Assembly (NCBI GenBank): GCA_947259365.1
Contig: CAMYMC010000026.1
Location: 75,162-139,161 of the forward strand
Length of the DNA stretch: 64,000 nucleotides
DNA from: an uncultured Acidimicrobiaceae bacterium
GTDB lineage: Bacteria; Actinomycetota; Acidimicrobiia; Spongiisociales; UBA5794
Reading direction: 5' to 3'
The translations under genes and the position numbers were made by a program. The notes beneath the pieces were generated by a model, which saw nothing but the letters and a program-made list of their open reading frames with translations, ran no database searches and was not told the origin of the DNA. Shown piece after piece: positions 1 to 9,624 of this stretch; within the stretch, counting starts at the first letter, position 1; the number at the start of each line of letters is the position of its first letter.

Positions 1-472
1 GCCGCTCGACCGGGAGCTCGACATGTGCGAGGAGCTCGGCGACATGACGATCCGGGGGATCCTCGATCGCGTCGAAGACGGCCCGGACGGTCTCGTCATC
101 ACCGACTACAAGACGGGGACGGCTCCACCGCAGCGCTTCGCGCTGCCGGCGTTCTTCGCCCTCAAGATCTACGCCCTCCTCCTCAGGGCGCGCACCGGGG
201 CGACGCCGCGAGCATTGCGCCTCCTCTATCTCAACGGACCCACCGAATACACGCTCGAGATCACCGACACACAGCTCGACGCCATGGAGCGCCAGCTCGA
301 AGCGCTGTGGTCCGCGATCGAGCGCGCCATCACCACCGCGACGTACCCGCCGCGTGTGTCCCGTCTCTGTGACTACTGCCAATACCGCGATCGGTGCCCC
401 GCATTCTCCGGAGGGGACCCGGGCCGGATGGACGAAGACGCGGCGCCGATCGGCGTTGCGGCTCAGGGGTAG
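1..472 (+). CDS. RecB-family PD-(D/E)XK exonuclease (5'-truncated by window edge)
   Basis: RGILDRV...ITDYKTG nuclease motif, C-terminal CDYCQYRDRC cysteine cluster; frame appears open to the window start. Confidence 0.85.
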   Translation, partial: PLDRELDMCEELGDMTIRGILDRVEDGPDGLVITDYKTGTAPPQRFALPAFFALKIYALLLRARTGATPRALRLLYLNGPTEYTLEITDTQLDAMERQLEALWSAIERAITTATYPPRVSRLCDYCQYRDRCPAFSGGDPGRMDEDAAPIGVAAQG

Positions 473-1737
473 ACACCGCGGGCGAGCTTTGCCGAGGCGA
501 CCCGCTCGATGCCCTTGATGAGCGCTGCGGTCCGCATGCTGACGCCGCGGCTCGTCGCGATCTGGAGCACGTCCGAGAACGCCCGGTTCATGATCTCGCG
601 CAACCGGCCGACGATCTCGGATTCGGACCAGAAGTAGTTCTGCAGGTCCTGGACCCACTCGAAGTACGAGACCGTGACGCCGCCCGCGTTGGCGAGCACA
701 TCTGGCACGACGAACACCCCGCCGTCGGTGAGGAGCGTGTCGGCCTCGGTCGTCGTCGGGCCGTTGGCTCCTTCGAGGATCACCCTGGCGCGGATGTCGG
801 CGGCGTTCTCCGCCGAGATCACTCCGCCGACCGCAGCGGGAATGAGGAACTCGCACTCGAGGCCGAGGAGCGCCTCCGGGGTGATCTCGTCGGCATCCCG
901 GTAGCCCTTCACACCCCCTTCGGCATCGGCGTGGCGCATGAGGGCCGAGATGTCGAACCCGCGATCGTCGTGAATGGCGCCGGTGATGTCGGAGACGGCG
1001 ACCACCTTGCAGCCGATCTCGGCGGCGGCAAGCGCGGCGTACCTCCCGACGTTGCCGAAGCCCTGGACGACGACCCGGGCGCCCTCGTAGGCCATGCCGA
1101 GATGGGATGCCACGGCCGGGACGAGGCTGACGAGACCTCGACCGGTCGCCTCGCGCCGCGCAACCGAGCCACCGAGCGACGGCGGCTTGCCGGTGACGAC
1201 CGCGGGCTCGGAATGGCCGACGTGGGTCGAGTACGTGTCCATGAGCCACGCCATGACCTGCTCGTTCGTCCCGAGATCGGGCGCGGGGATGTCCTGGTCG
1301 GGACCGATGAAGTTGATGATCTCCATCGTGTATCGCCGGGTGACCCTCTGCGCCTCGGCCCGGCTGAACGCGGTCGGGTCGACCCGGACCCCACCCTTGG
1401 CGCCGCCGAAGGGAAGCCCGACGATGGCGCACTTCCAGGTCATCAACATCGCCAGCGCCGCCACCTCACCGAGGTTGACATCCGGGGCGTAGCGGATGCC
1501 GCCCTTCGTAGGACCCATCGTCAGGAGGTGTTGCACCCGGTAGCCGAAGACCGTGTCGACGCGCCCGTATTCGTCGCGGCGAAACGGGAACGTGACGACG
1601 AGCGATCGTTGCGGGGTCCGGAGTCGGTCCTTGATGTTCGCGTCGAGGCTGATGAGGTCGGCGACTTGTTCGAACTGAGCGAGCGATTCCCGGTAGAGCG
1701 GAGAGTCCCACTCCATGGACATCGTGTCGTCGGCCAC
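463..1737 (-). CDS. gdhA: Glu/Leu/Phe/Val dehydrogenase (glutamate dehydrogenase)
   Basis: GPTKGGIRY, GGAKGG, DIPAPD, VQGFGNVG, EGANGPTT, NAGGVTVSYFEW motifs; GGAGG RBS upstream. Confidence 0.93.
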   Translation of the reverse strand: MADDTMSMEWDSPLYRESLAQFEQVADLISLDANIKDRLRTPQRSLVVTFPFRRDEYGRVDTVFGYRVQHLLTMGPTKGGIRYAPDVNLGEVAALAMLMTWKCAIVGLPFGGAKGGVRVDPTAFSRAEAQRVTRRYTMEIINFIGPDQDIPAPDLGTNEQVMAWLMDTYSTHVGHSEPAVVTGKPPSLGGSVARREATGRGLVSLVPAVASHLGMAYEGARVVVQGFGNVGRYAALAAAEIGCKVVAVSDITGAIHDDRGFDISALMRHADAEGGVKGYRDADEITPEALLGLECEFLIPAAVGGVISAENAADIRARVILEGANGPTTTEADTLLTDGGVFVVPDVLANAGGVTVSYFEWVQDLQNYFWSESEIVGRLREIMNRAFSDVLQIATSRGVSMRTAALIKGIERVASAKLARGVYP

Positions 1738-1785
1738 CTTGCTCCCTCCTCCGGCGATGCCGCGGGTACGCTACTTCGCGGTGCC

Positions 1786-2283
1786 ATGGCAGGCGAAGGA
1801 CGCGACCCCACACCGACCATCTACACCGTGGGCCACGGGCGCGACTCGTTCGAGGACCTCGTCACCCGCTGCGAAGCTCACGGCGTGCGCATCATCGCGG
1901 ACGTGCGGAGCCAGCCGTACTCGCGCCACGCACCGGATTTCGTCAAGGCCAGGCTCGAGATGCTCTGCGCCGAGCGCGGCCTCGGGTACCGCTGGCTCGG
2001 CGCAACCCTCGGCGGGAGACCTCGCGATCGCGCCGTCCTCGACGAAGACGGGGCCCCCGATCACGAGCTGATGGGGCGCTCGGCTCGCTTCGAGGCGGGG
2101 CTGACGGAGCTCGAGGGCCTGGTCGACACCGGGGTCGTCGCCCTCCTCTGCGCGGAGACCGACCCGTGGGGCTGTCATCGGACACGGCTCATCGCTCCCG
2201 CGCTCATCTCCCGGGGTGCCCGGGTGCTGCACATCGTGCCCGGCGGCGCCGCGCTCGCCCATCAGCCATCGCTCGGGCTCTGA
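1786..2283 (+). CDS. DUF488 family protein
   Basis: IYTVGHG, DVRSQPYSR, LGGRP, LLCAETDPWGCHR motifs; ATG 1786 is in the frame of the 394..2283 ORF. Confidence 0.85.
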   Translation: MAGEGRDPTPTIYTVGHGRDSFEDLVTRCEAHGVRIIADVRSQPYSRHAPDFVKARLEMLCAERGLGYRWLGATLGGRPRDRAVLDEDGAPDHELMGRSARFEAGLTELEGLVDTGVVALLCAETDPWGCHRTRLIAPALISRGARVLHIVPGGAALAHQPSLGL

Positions 2284-2324
2284 CCGCCCAGCAACCCGTC
2301 GCACCCCCGCGATAGCGTGAGCTC

Positions 2325-5306
2325 GTGAGACGCGGAGACACCACGGAGCCGACACCCGAGGTGCGGGTCGACCCGGAGGGATGGGCCGCCGCGGTGGCGG
2401 ACGTCGCCGGGCCCCAGATCGTCGTCGGGGGCCCCGGCACCGGAAAGTCGGAGTTCCTGGTTCGGCGCCTCGTGCACCTGCTCGAGGCGCGCGACGTCGA
2501 CCCGGCGCGGACCCTCGTTCTCAGTTTTGGCCGTCGGGGCGTTGCCGACCTCGCCATGCGGGTGCGCTCCAGCCTGTCGCGAACCGTGGGGCGGCTCGAC
2601 ATCGCGACGTTCCACTCGTACGCCCTCCGCCTCGTCGAGGCTGCCGGCGTCGAGCGGGGACGGCACCGGCCGCCCCAGATCCTCACCGGGCCCGAGCAGA
2701 CCGCCCTCGTTCGCGAGCTCCTCGCCGGCGAGGACCCGACGAGCTGGTCGCCGGCGGTGCGCCCGCTGCTGTCGACCCGGACGTTCGCCGCCGAGGTCAC
2801 CGACTTCATTCTCCGGGTGAACGAGCAACTCATCGACGACGCGGCTCTGGGTCAGCGCGCCTCCCGGCGCCAGGACTGGAGGGGGCTCGCCGGGTTCATC
2901 GCGCGCTACCGCCGGGAGCTGGAACGCCGCGACCGCATCGACTACGGCCACATCCTCGTCGAAGCCGTGCGGATCCTCGACGAAGGCGCTCGCCCCGCAC
3001 CGGCGCCGGAGTACGTGCTCGTCGACGAATACCAGGACACGACCGCGGCGCAGGCAGCGCTCCTCGAGCGATTGGTGGAACCGGGATGCAACCTCACCGT
3101 CGCCGGCGACCCCCACCAGTCCATCTACTCGTTCCGCGGTGCCCGCCTCGGGGCGATCGGCGGTTTCACATCCGAGTTCGGATCGCCAGATCATCCGGCG
3201 CGCCGGTTCGTGCTCACAACGTCGTTCCGAACTCCGGCCCGAATCCTCCAGGCGGCGAGCACGGTGATCGCCGGCTCCGATCCGCCCGGTGGGCCCGGTC
3301 CGGTGATCCCGGCCCGTGGACGCGGGCGAGTCGACGTCCACGTCTTCGATCAGCAAACGGCCGAGGCGGAGTGGGTCGCCGCCGAGATCGCGCGACTCCA
3401 CCTCTCCGAGCGCATCCCTCTGTCGGCCATCGGGGTGTTCGTCCGCTCCAAGCGACGGTTCCTCGCCGAGATGTCACGGGCACTCGATCGGAGACGGATC
3501 CCCCACGACGACCCCGACGCCAGGCTCGCCGAGCAGCCTGCGGTCCGCTTCGTCCTCGACGCAGTCCGGGCGGCGACGGGGCGGGACGGCCCTGCCGCGA
3601 CCGATCGGGCGGTGCGGCGGCTCCTCCTCGGGCAAGTCGTCGCGCTGTCCCTCGGCAGGCTCCGCGACGTGGAGCGCGTCATGGTCCGCATGGAGGCGGG
3701 ATGGCCCGACTCGATCCGCAGAATCGCCCCGGAGGCCACCGCGGTCGCCGAACTCGTCGAGGATCCCTCCTGGGCGGTGGCGGCGCCTGCCGTCGACGGG
3801 TTCTGGAGGGTGTGGTCCGGCCTCCCTCAGCTCGAGGCCGTCGTCACGGACCCCGCCCGGCGGGACGAGCGGGCGGCGTGGACCTCACTCGCCCAGGTGC
3901 TGACCCGGTGGAACGAACGCAGCCCGGAGGCCACCCTCGAGGAATACCTCCGCCTTCTCGAGGACGAGGAGTTCGAAGCCCGCCCCCTCCTGAGCTACCG
4001 GCGACCCGAGGACGAGCGGGTCGCGCTCACGACGCTCCACCAGTCGAAGGGCCTCGAATTCGACATCGTGTTCATCTGCGACGCCGTCGATGGTGTGTTC
4101 CCCGACCTGCGGGCACGCGACAGCCTCCTCGGCACCCGGCACCTGCTCCCCGACGTCCCCGAGGACGCGGTCGGGTATCGGTCGTTCCGACTCCAAGAGG
4201 AGCGACGGCTCGCCTACACCGCCATGGGGCGGGCCCTCCGCCGTGTCGTGTGGACGGCGACTTCGACCGGGTTCGAGGACGGTCGAGGGGTACCGAGCCG
4301 CTTCCTCTCGTCCGTCGCTGGCTCGGGCGAGGCAGCCCCCGGGCCGCCCCCGGAGCGGGAGGAGCCGGTGACGCTCCAGGAGGCGGAGGCGTACCTCCGG
4401 CGCACCCTCGCCGATCCGGCGGCGCCGCCGCCGTTGCGGCTGGCGGCGCTGTCTGCGCTCGCAGGCGGGCCCGAGCGCGGTTTCCGGCAAGCCGAGTGGA
4501 TTCCCGGCGTCCGCGAGCGCGGGCCGGATGTCGGCCTCGTGCCCCGGGGAGCCCGGTTGTCGCCGACCCAGGCGGAGAGCTACGACACCTGCCCGCGTCG
4601 CTATGCGCTCGAGCGGAGGCTGAGGATCGGAGAACAGAGCTCGCTCTACGCAGACTTCGGGAGCGTCGTCCACGAGGTCCTCGAGCGGGTCGAACGCGAG
4701 GCGATCGAACAGGGCCACGACCGCAGCGCCCTCGAGGACGCCATCGCGGTTTTCGATCGTGTCTTCCCGGTCGAGAGGTTCGGCGGCGGCGTCTTTGCCG
4801 CCGCGTGGCGCAGCCGGGGGCACCGGCTTCTCGAGCACCTCTACACCACGTGGCCGGCATGGGGCGTCGTCGTCGGCCTCGAGCACCCGCTCACCCTCGA
4901 CGTCGCCGGGAGCGCCTGGGTGGGAAGGGCGGACCGGATCGAGGCGCGGGACGGCAAGCTGAAGATCATCGACTACAAGACCGGGAAGTCGGCCATCGCG
5001 ATCGATGAGGCCGCCGAGTCCATCCAGCTCGGCTTCTACCTCCTCGCCGCGGCCGCCGACGCCGACATGAGGGCGCACGGCGAGCCGGCCGCCGCCGAGA
5101 TGTGGTATCCGGCGGCCGAAGCGAAGAGCCTCATCACCCGGGCGTTCGACCCGGCACGACTCGCCGACGTCCCGGCGCGTCTCGCCGCCGTGGCCGCGGG
5201 CATCACCCGGGAACAATGGCCTCCGTCGCCGAACCGATGGTGCGACCGCTGCAGCGTGCGCCTCGTGTGCCCGGCGTGGCCCGAGGGCGGGGAGGCGTTC
5301 GCGTGA
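2325..5306 (+). CDS. adnA: UvrD-like helicase-nuclease, AdnA-type subunit
   Basis: GGPGTGKS Walker A, DEYQD, GDPHQSIYSFRGA, TLHQSKGLEF, EERRLAY; C-terminal RecB nuclease (DRIE, DYKTG) with four Cys. Confidence 0.85.
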   Translation: MRRGDTTEPTPEVRVDPEGWAAAVADVAGPQIVVGGPGTGKSEFLVRRLVHLLEARDVDPARTLVLSFGRRGVADLAMRVRSSLSRTVGRLDIATFHSYALRLVEAAGVERGRHRPPQILTGPEQTALVRELLAGEDPTSWSPAVRPLLSTRTFAAEVTDFILRVNEQLIDDAALGQRASRRQDWRGLAGFIARYRRELERRDRIDYGHILVEAVRILDEGARPAPAPEYVLVDEYQDTTAAQAALLERLVEPGCNLTVAGDPHQSIYSFRGARLGAIGGFTSEFGSPDHPARRFVLTTSFRTPARILQAASTVIAGSDPPGGPGPVIPARGRGRVDVHVFDQQTAEAEWVAAEIARLHLSERIPLSAIGVFVRSKRRFLAEMSRALDRRRIPHDDPDARLAEQPAVRFVLDAVRAATGRDGPAATDRAVRRLLLGQVVALSLGRLRDVERVMVRMEAGWPDSIRRIAPEATAVAELVEDPSWAVAAPAVDGFWRVWSGLPQLEAVVTDPARRDERAAWTSLAQVLTRWNERSPEATLEEYLRLLEDEEFEARPLLSYRRPEDERVALTTLHQSKGLEFDIVFICDAVDGVFPDLRARDSLLGTRHLLPDVPEDAVGYRSFRLQEERRLAYTAMGRALRRVVWTATSTGFEDGRGVPSRFLSSVAGSGEAAPGPPPEREEPVTLQEAEAYLRRTLADPAAPPPLRLAALSALAGGPERGFRQAEWIPGVRERGPDVGLVPRGARLSPTQAESYDTCPRRYALERRLRIGEQSSLYADFGSVVHEVLERVEREAIEQGHDRSALEDAIAVFDRVFPVERFGGGVFAAAWRSRGHRLLEHLYTTWPAWGVVVGLEHPLTLDVAGSAWVGRADRIEARDGKLKIIDYKTGKSAIAIDEAAESIQLGFYLLAAAADADMRAHGEPAAAEMWYPAAEAKSLITRAFDPARLADVPARLAAVAAGITREQWPPSPNRWCDRCSVRLVCPAWPEGGEAFA

Positions 5307-8300
5307 CGGGCGACACCTCCCTCGTGCTCACGCCGGAACAGCGGGCGGTCGTGGATCACCCCCTCGAGCCGCTGCGCGTCGTCGCCGGCGCCGGCACCGG
5401 GAAGACGACGACCGTCGTCGCCCGGATCGCGGCGAAGGTCGCCTCTGGTCTCGAGCCGGAGACGGTGCTCGGCTTGACGTTCACGAACAAGGCCGCCGAG
5501 GAGCTCGGCGACAAGGTGCGCCGTGCGCTCCCCAGCCACACCGCGGACGGACGGGAAGCGGAGGTCACGACCTACCACGGGTTCGCCGCGAGCTTGCTTC
5601 AAGAGTTCGGAGCGCTCGTCGGCGTCGAGCGTGGCGCCGACCTCATCGGCCCCGGCTACACCCGACAGCTCCTCTACGAGAGCCTCGCCACCGACGCGTA
5701 TCACGCCCTGGACCTCACTGCGCCGGCCAACAGGGTCAACGACGCCGCAGTCCTGGCGCGCGGCCTCGCCGACAACTTGGCTGCCGCCGGTGATCTCCGC
5801 ACCGCTGCAACCGACCGCTCCGACCCCGTGTGGGCGGCGCGGCTCGAGCTCGCCGGCATCGTGGAGCGCTACGACGATGCGAAGCGCCGCCTCGGAGCGC
5901 TCGACTACGGCGACCTCGTCCGTCTCGCCTGCGAGCTCGTGACGACCCACGGCGAGATGCGTACCCGTATCCGGTCGCGCTACGAGCTCCTCGTCCTCGA
6001 CGAGTACCAGGACACCGATCCGGCGCAGCGCACCCTCCTCCAGGCGATCTTCGGCGACGGCTTCCCGGTGACGGCCGTCGGCGACGAGGACCAGACCATC
6101 TACGAGTGGCGGGGAGCTTCGACCGCGAACTTCCACGGGTTCCCCACGGACTTCCCCCGCCGCGACGGCACGCCGGCGCCGACCAAGCGCCTCACCCTCA
6201 ACCGGCGATCCGGGCCCGAGATCCTCGCCGTCGCCAACGCCGTCCGGACGCGGCTCCACGACGATCCCGGCCCGGGGACGCTGCGCCCCGTGGAGCAGGC
6301 ACCTGAGGGGTCCGTCGAGCTGCGTCTCGTCAGATCCGCCGACGAGGAGGCCTCGTGGATCGCAGACGAGGTGGTCCGCCGCCACGACGAGGACGGCGTC
6401 GCCTGGGGTGAGATCGCCGTGCTCTTCCGCAAGAACCGGCACATGGCCGTCATCCGTGACGCGCTCGAGGCTGCGGGCGTCCCCGTCGAGGTCGCGTCGC
6501 TTGGCGGGCTGCTGAGCGTGCCCCACGTCGCCGATCTCCACGCCTGGTTACGACTCCTCTCCCGGCCCGACGACTCGGCCGCGCTCGCCAGGATCGTGCT
6601 CGGCGGGCCGTACCGCCTCGGGCTCGGCGATCTCGCCCCGCTCGCCGCCTGGATCCGCGACGAACGCCGAGGCGTCGCAGACGACGACGGCCCCGGCTGG
6701 CCGCTCGTCGAGGCCATCGACCGCCTCGACGAGGTGCCGCGGCTCGCTCCTGAGGCCGAGGTCAGGCTCGAGGAGTTCGCGTCCGTGTACCGGGAGCTTC
6801 TCGTCGCCGCCCAGGCGGTCACTCTCGCCGAGCTGTGCCGTCGCATCCTCGACGCCACCCGGGTGTGGACCGAGGTCGATGGGCTCGAGCACGCCGCCCG
6901 GGTCAGCGCCAGGCTCAACCTCTACCGGTTCCTGGACCTGGCCGAGGAGTGGAGCCCGCTTCGCGGCGGGCCGTCCCTCGAGGCGTTCCTCGGCTATCTC
7001 GACATGCTCGTCGAGGACCAGGCGACCGACGAGCTCGACACGGCCCGGCTGTCGGGCGAGGACGCGGTGGCGCTGCTCACCGTGCACCGGGCCAAGGGCC
7101 TCGAGTGGGACACGGTGGTCCTCCCCGCCCTCGCCCGGTCGGTGTTCCCCGCCGGTGTCCGCCGCCTCGACGATCCCGAGCGACACGCTTGCTCGCTGCC
7201 GTACGAGAACCGTCTCGACGTGGGACGCTTCTCGGGCGACGGCGGCCCCCCCGACCGCGACGCGTTGCGCGCCATGCACGAAGCCGAGGAGTGGCGCACC
7301 GCCTACGTCGCGGTCACGAGGGCGAAGCACCGCCTCGTCATGACGACCGCGTGGTGGTACACCCAGAAGCGCCACCACAAGGTCGGCGATCTCTATCTCC
7401 TCGCCAGCGGGGTGCCGGGCGTGGTCGAGAGCGTCGCCGCCGCCGAGCCGGGCCCGGCGCCGGAGCGGCTCTCCCCCGCCCCGATCCCTGCCCCGGATCC
7501 GCTCTTCCCCGACGGTTGGCAGGCGGCGATGCGCCGTACCCTGGCCGATCCCTCCTGGCCGTTGCGCCACGGCGGTGTCGATCCCGCCGCATACCATGGC
7601 GCCGTGGACCAGATCGAGCTGCTCCTCGAAGGCCTGCCCCGGCCGCCGCCAGCGGTTCCGGGGACCGCGGAGGCAGACGTCTCGGTGACGGGGCTCGTCA
7701 CGCTCGCCCAGTGTCCGCGACGATTCGAGTGGACCGCGATCGATCCGCTGCCCCGGCGGCGCTCCCCGGCGCAGCGGCGCGGCGTCGAGCTCCACCGTCT
7801 CATCGAGCTCCACAACCTCGGTCAGGTGCCGTTCGATGAGCTCGAAGACGATCTCTACGACCAGCCCGAGCCGGGAGCCGACGAGCGCATCGGCGACGGT
7901 TTCGATGCCTTTCTCGCCAGCGCCTACGCCGGCGCTCGCCCCCGCTGGACCGAGACGCCGATCGACATCCGGCTCGACGCAGGCAGGGTCCGGGGCCGGA
8001 TCGATGCCGTCTACGAGCGCAGCGACGGATCATGGGAGATCGTCGACTTCAAGTCGGGGAGGAGGTCGGACGACCCGGCGCGAAAGGTGCAGCTCCAGGC
8101 GTACGCGGTGGCGGTGGCCTCCGGCGCACTCGATCCGACACCGGCGTCCCGCCTCTCCGTGAGCTTCGTCTACCTCGGCGGCGGGATCGTCGACGTCGAG
8201 CGCGAGGACGTCGATGCCGCCTGGATCGAGCGGGCACGGACCGAGCTCGAGGAGCTGCTCGCCGGCGTGCATCGGGACGAGTACGAACCTGCGCCGGGAC

Positions 8301-8377
8301 CAGGGTGCGCCAGCTGCGACTTCGTGTCGTTCTGCGACGAGGGCCGCGCCCACCTCGAGGCCGCGGCGACGCCCTGA
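5303..8377 (+). CDS. adnB: UvrD-like helicase-nuclease, AdnB-type subunit
   Basis: LTPEQ Q-motif, AGAGTGKT, DEYQD, QTIYEWRGA, TVHRAKGLEW, YVAVTRAK; C-terminal GRIDAV/DFKSG nuclease; GTGA overlap with the adnA stop. Confidence 0.87.
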   Translation: MTGDTSLVLTPEQRAVVDHPLEPLRVVAGAGTGKTTTVVARIAAKVASGLEPETVLGLTFTNKAAEELGDKVRRALPSHTADGREAEVTTYHGFAASLLQEFGALVGVERGADLIGPGYTRQLLYESLATDAYHALDLTAPANRVNDAAVLARGLADNLAAAGDLRTAATDRSDPVWAARLELAGIVERYDDAKRRLGALDYGDLVRLACELVTTHGEMRTRIRSRYELLVLDEYQDTDPAQRTLLQAIFGDGFPVTAVGDEDQTIYEWRGASTANFHGFPTDFPRRDGTPAPTKRLTLNRRSGPEILAVANAVRTRLHDDPGPGTLRPVEQAPEGSVELRLVRSADEEASWIADEVVRRHDEDGVAWGEIAVLFRKNRHMAVIRDALEAAGVPVEVASLGGLLSVPHVADLHAWLRLLSRPDDSAALARIVLGGPYRLGLGDLAPLAAWIRDERRGVADDDGPGWPLVEAIDRLDEVPRLAPEAEVRLEEFASVYRELLVAAQAVTLAELCRRILDATRVWTEVDGLEHAARVSARLNLYRFLDLAEEWSPLRGGPSLEAFLGYLDMLVEDQATDELDTARLSGEDAVALLTVHRAKGLEWDTVVLPALARSVFPAGVRRLDDPERHACSLPYENRLDVGRFSGDGGPPDRDALRAMHEAEEWRTAYVAVTRAKHRLVMTTAWWYTQKRHHKVGDLYLLASGVPGVVESVAAAEPGPAPERLSPAPIPAPDPLFPDGWQAAMRRTLADPSWPLRHGGVDPAAYHGAVDQIELLLEGLPRPPPAVPGTAEADVSVTGLVTLAQCPRRFEWTAIDPLPRRRSPAQRRGVELHRLIELHNLGQVPFDELEDDLYDQPEPGADERIGDGFDAFLASAYAGARPRWTETPIDIRLDAGRVRGRIDAVYERSDGSWEIVDFKSGRRSDDPARKVQLQAYAVAVASGALDPTPASRLSVSFVYLGGGIVDVEREDVDAAWIERARTELEELLAGVHRDEYEPAPGPGCASCDFVSFCDEGRAHLEAAATP

Positions 8378-8404
8378 GCCCGCCCCCGGGCTGACGGGGC
8401 GCCG

Positions 8405-8860
8405 TCAGAGAACGGCACCACCGGTGACGTCGATGACGAGCGTGAACGGACCGTCGTTGACGAGTTCGATGCTCATCTGCTCCCCGAAGGCCCCGGTCTC
8501 GACGACGAGGCCAGATTCACGCAGCCGTTCGACGACCCGACCCACCAGCGGTGCAGCGGCTTCGGGCGACGCTGCAGCCGTGAACGAGGGCCGCCGTCCC
8601 TTGCGGGTCGACGCGAGCAGCGTGAACTGGCTCACCACGAGGACGGCACCGGGAAGCTCGAGCAGCGACCGGTTCGTCTTCCCCTCCTCGTCGGCGAACA
8701 CCCTCAGGCCGGCCAGCTTCCTGGCGAGGACGTCGGCATCGTCGTCGTCGTCGCCGGAGGCGACGCCGACGAGGACGAGAAGTCCGTGCCCGATGGATCC
8801 CACCGTCCGATCCCCCACCGTCACGGTGGCGTTACGGACCCGCTGGACGACTGCGCGCAT
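8405..8860 (-). CDS. dtd: D-aminoacyl-tRNA deacylase
   Basis: MRAVVQRV start, SQFTL, RRPSF, NDGPFT motifs. Confidence 0.95.
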   Translation of the reverse strand: MRAVVQRVRNATVTVGDRTVGSIGHGLLVLVGVASGDDDDDADVLARKLAGLRVFADEEGKTNRSLLELPGAVLVVSQFTLLASTRKGRRPSFTAAASPEAAAPLVGRVVERLRESGLVVETGAFGEQMSIELVNDGPFTLVIDVTGGAVL

Positions 8861-8934
8861 CGGGGGAATGTACCGAATATCGGTCGCGAGTCGATGACGC
8901 CGGACACCCATCGGTGGTTCCAGCCCACCGCCGC

Positions 8935-9435
8935 TCAATCGAGGGCGAGGCCCAGCCCTTCGAGGAACAGCGTCACGACGACTCCGGCGATGAGGATCCC
9001 GATGAAGATGAGCGGGATCGCCCGTCGCTTGTCGACACCGAAGACGATGGCCGCGAGCGATCCACTCCAGGCCCCGGTGACCGGGAGCGGGATGGCGACG
9101 AACGTGATCAGGGCGAGGTCGCGCAGCCTCTCGAAGCGCCTGCTGTGACGTTCTTCCGTGCGATGCTGGAGCCTGACCAGGGTCCTGTGGAGCCACTCCC
9201 AACGCCGCTCGGTCCACTCCACGAACGGCGGGAAGAACCAGAGGATGATCGGCACCGGGATCGCGTTGCCGAGCACCGACCATGCGTACGCCGACAACCG
9301 CGACATGTCGAAGATCGCCTGGGCGACGGGGATCGACCCGCGCAGCTCGATGATCGGCAACATGGCGAGAAGGACGACCATGAGCGGCTCCGGGAGCGGG
9401 AGATCGCGCACCCACTCCGTGATCGTGTCGCGCAT
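8935..9435 (-). CDS. small multidrug export family membrane protein (COG2426-like)
   Basis: [11 protein letters not shown] and [14 protein letters not shown] motifs, four hydrophobic segments. Confidence 0.85.
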   Translation of the reverse strand: MRDTITEWVRDLPLPEPLMVVLLAMLPIIELRGSIPVAQAIFDMSRLSAYAWSVLGNAIPVPIILWFFPPFVEWTERRWEWLHRTLVRLQHRTEERHSRRFERLRDLALITFVAIPLPVTGAWSGSLAAIVFGVDKRRAIPLIFIGILIAGVVVTLFLEGLGLALD

Positions 9436-9624
9436 CTACGTCTCCTCACCGATGCTCGGCTCGGGGCGTTCCTCCTCGGGACCCCGGTGGAAGGCGATGA
9501 TCGCATCTGCGACGTCGACGGCCGGTATCTCGTAGGCACCGAGTGCGATGGCGGCCTCGATCACGACGAGACGGGGCGAATGCAGTCCCGCCGCCTCGAC
9601 CGGCTTTTCGGGTGGGTCGGTCAC
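9436..9624 (-). CDS. 62-aa protein with FlgM-like C-terminal motif
   Basis: GTG start overlaps the antiporter stop and the TAG stop abuts the next [29 protein letters not shown] resembles the FlgM sigma-binding helix motif. Confidence 0.6.
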   Translation of the reverse strand: MTDPPEKPVEAAGLHSPRLVVIEAAIALGAYEIPAVDVADAIIAFHRGPEEERPEPSIGEET

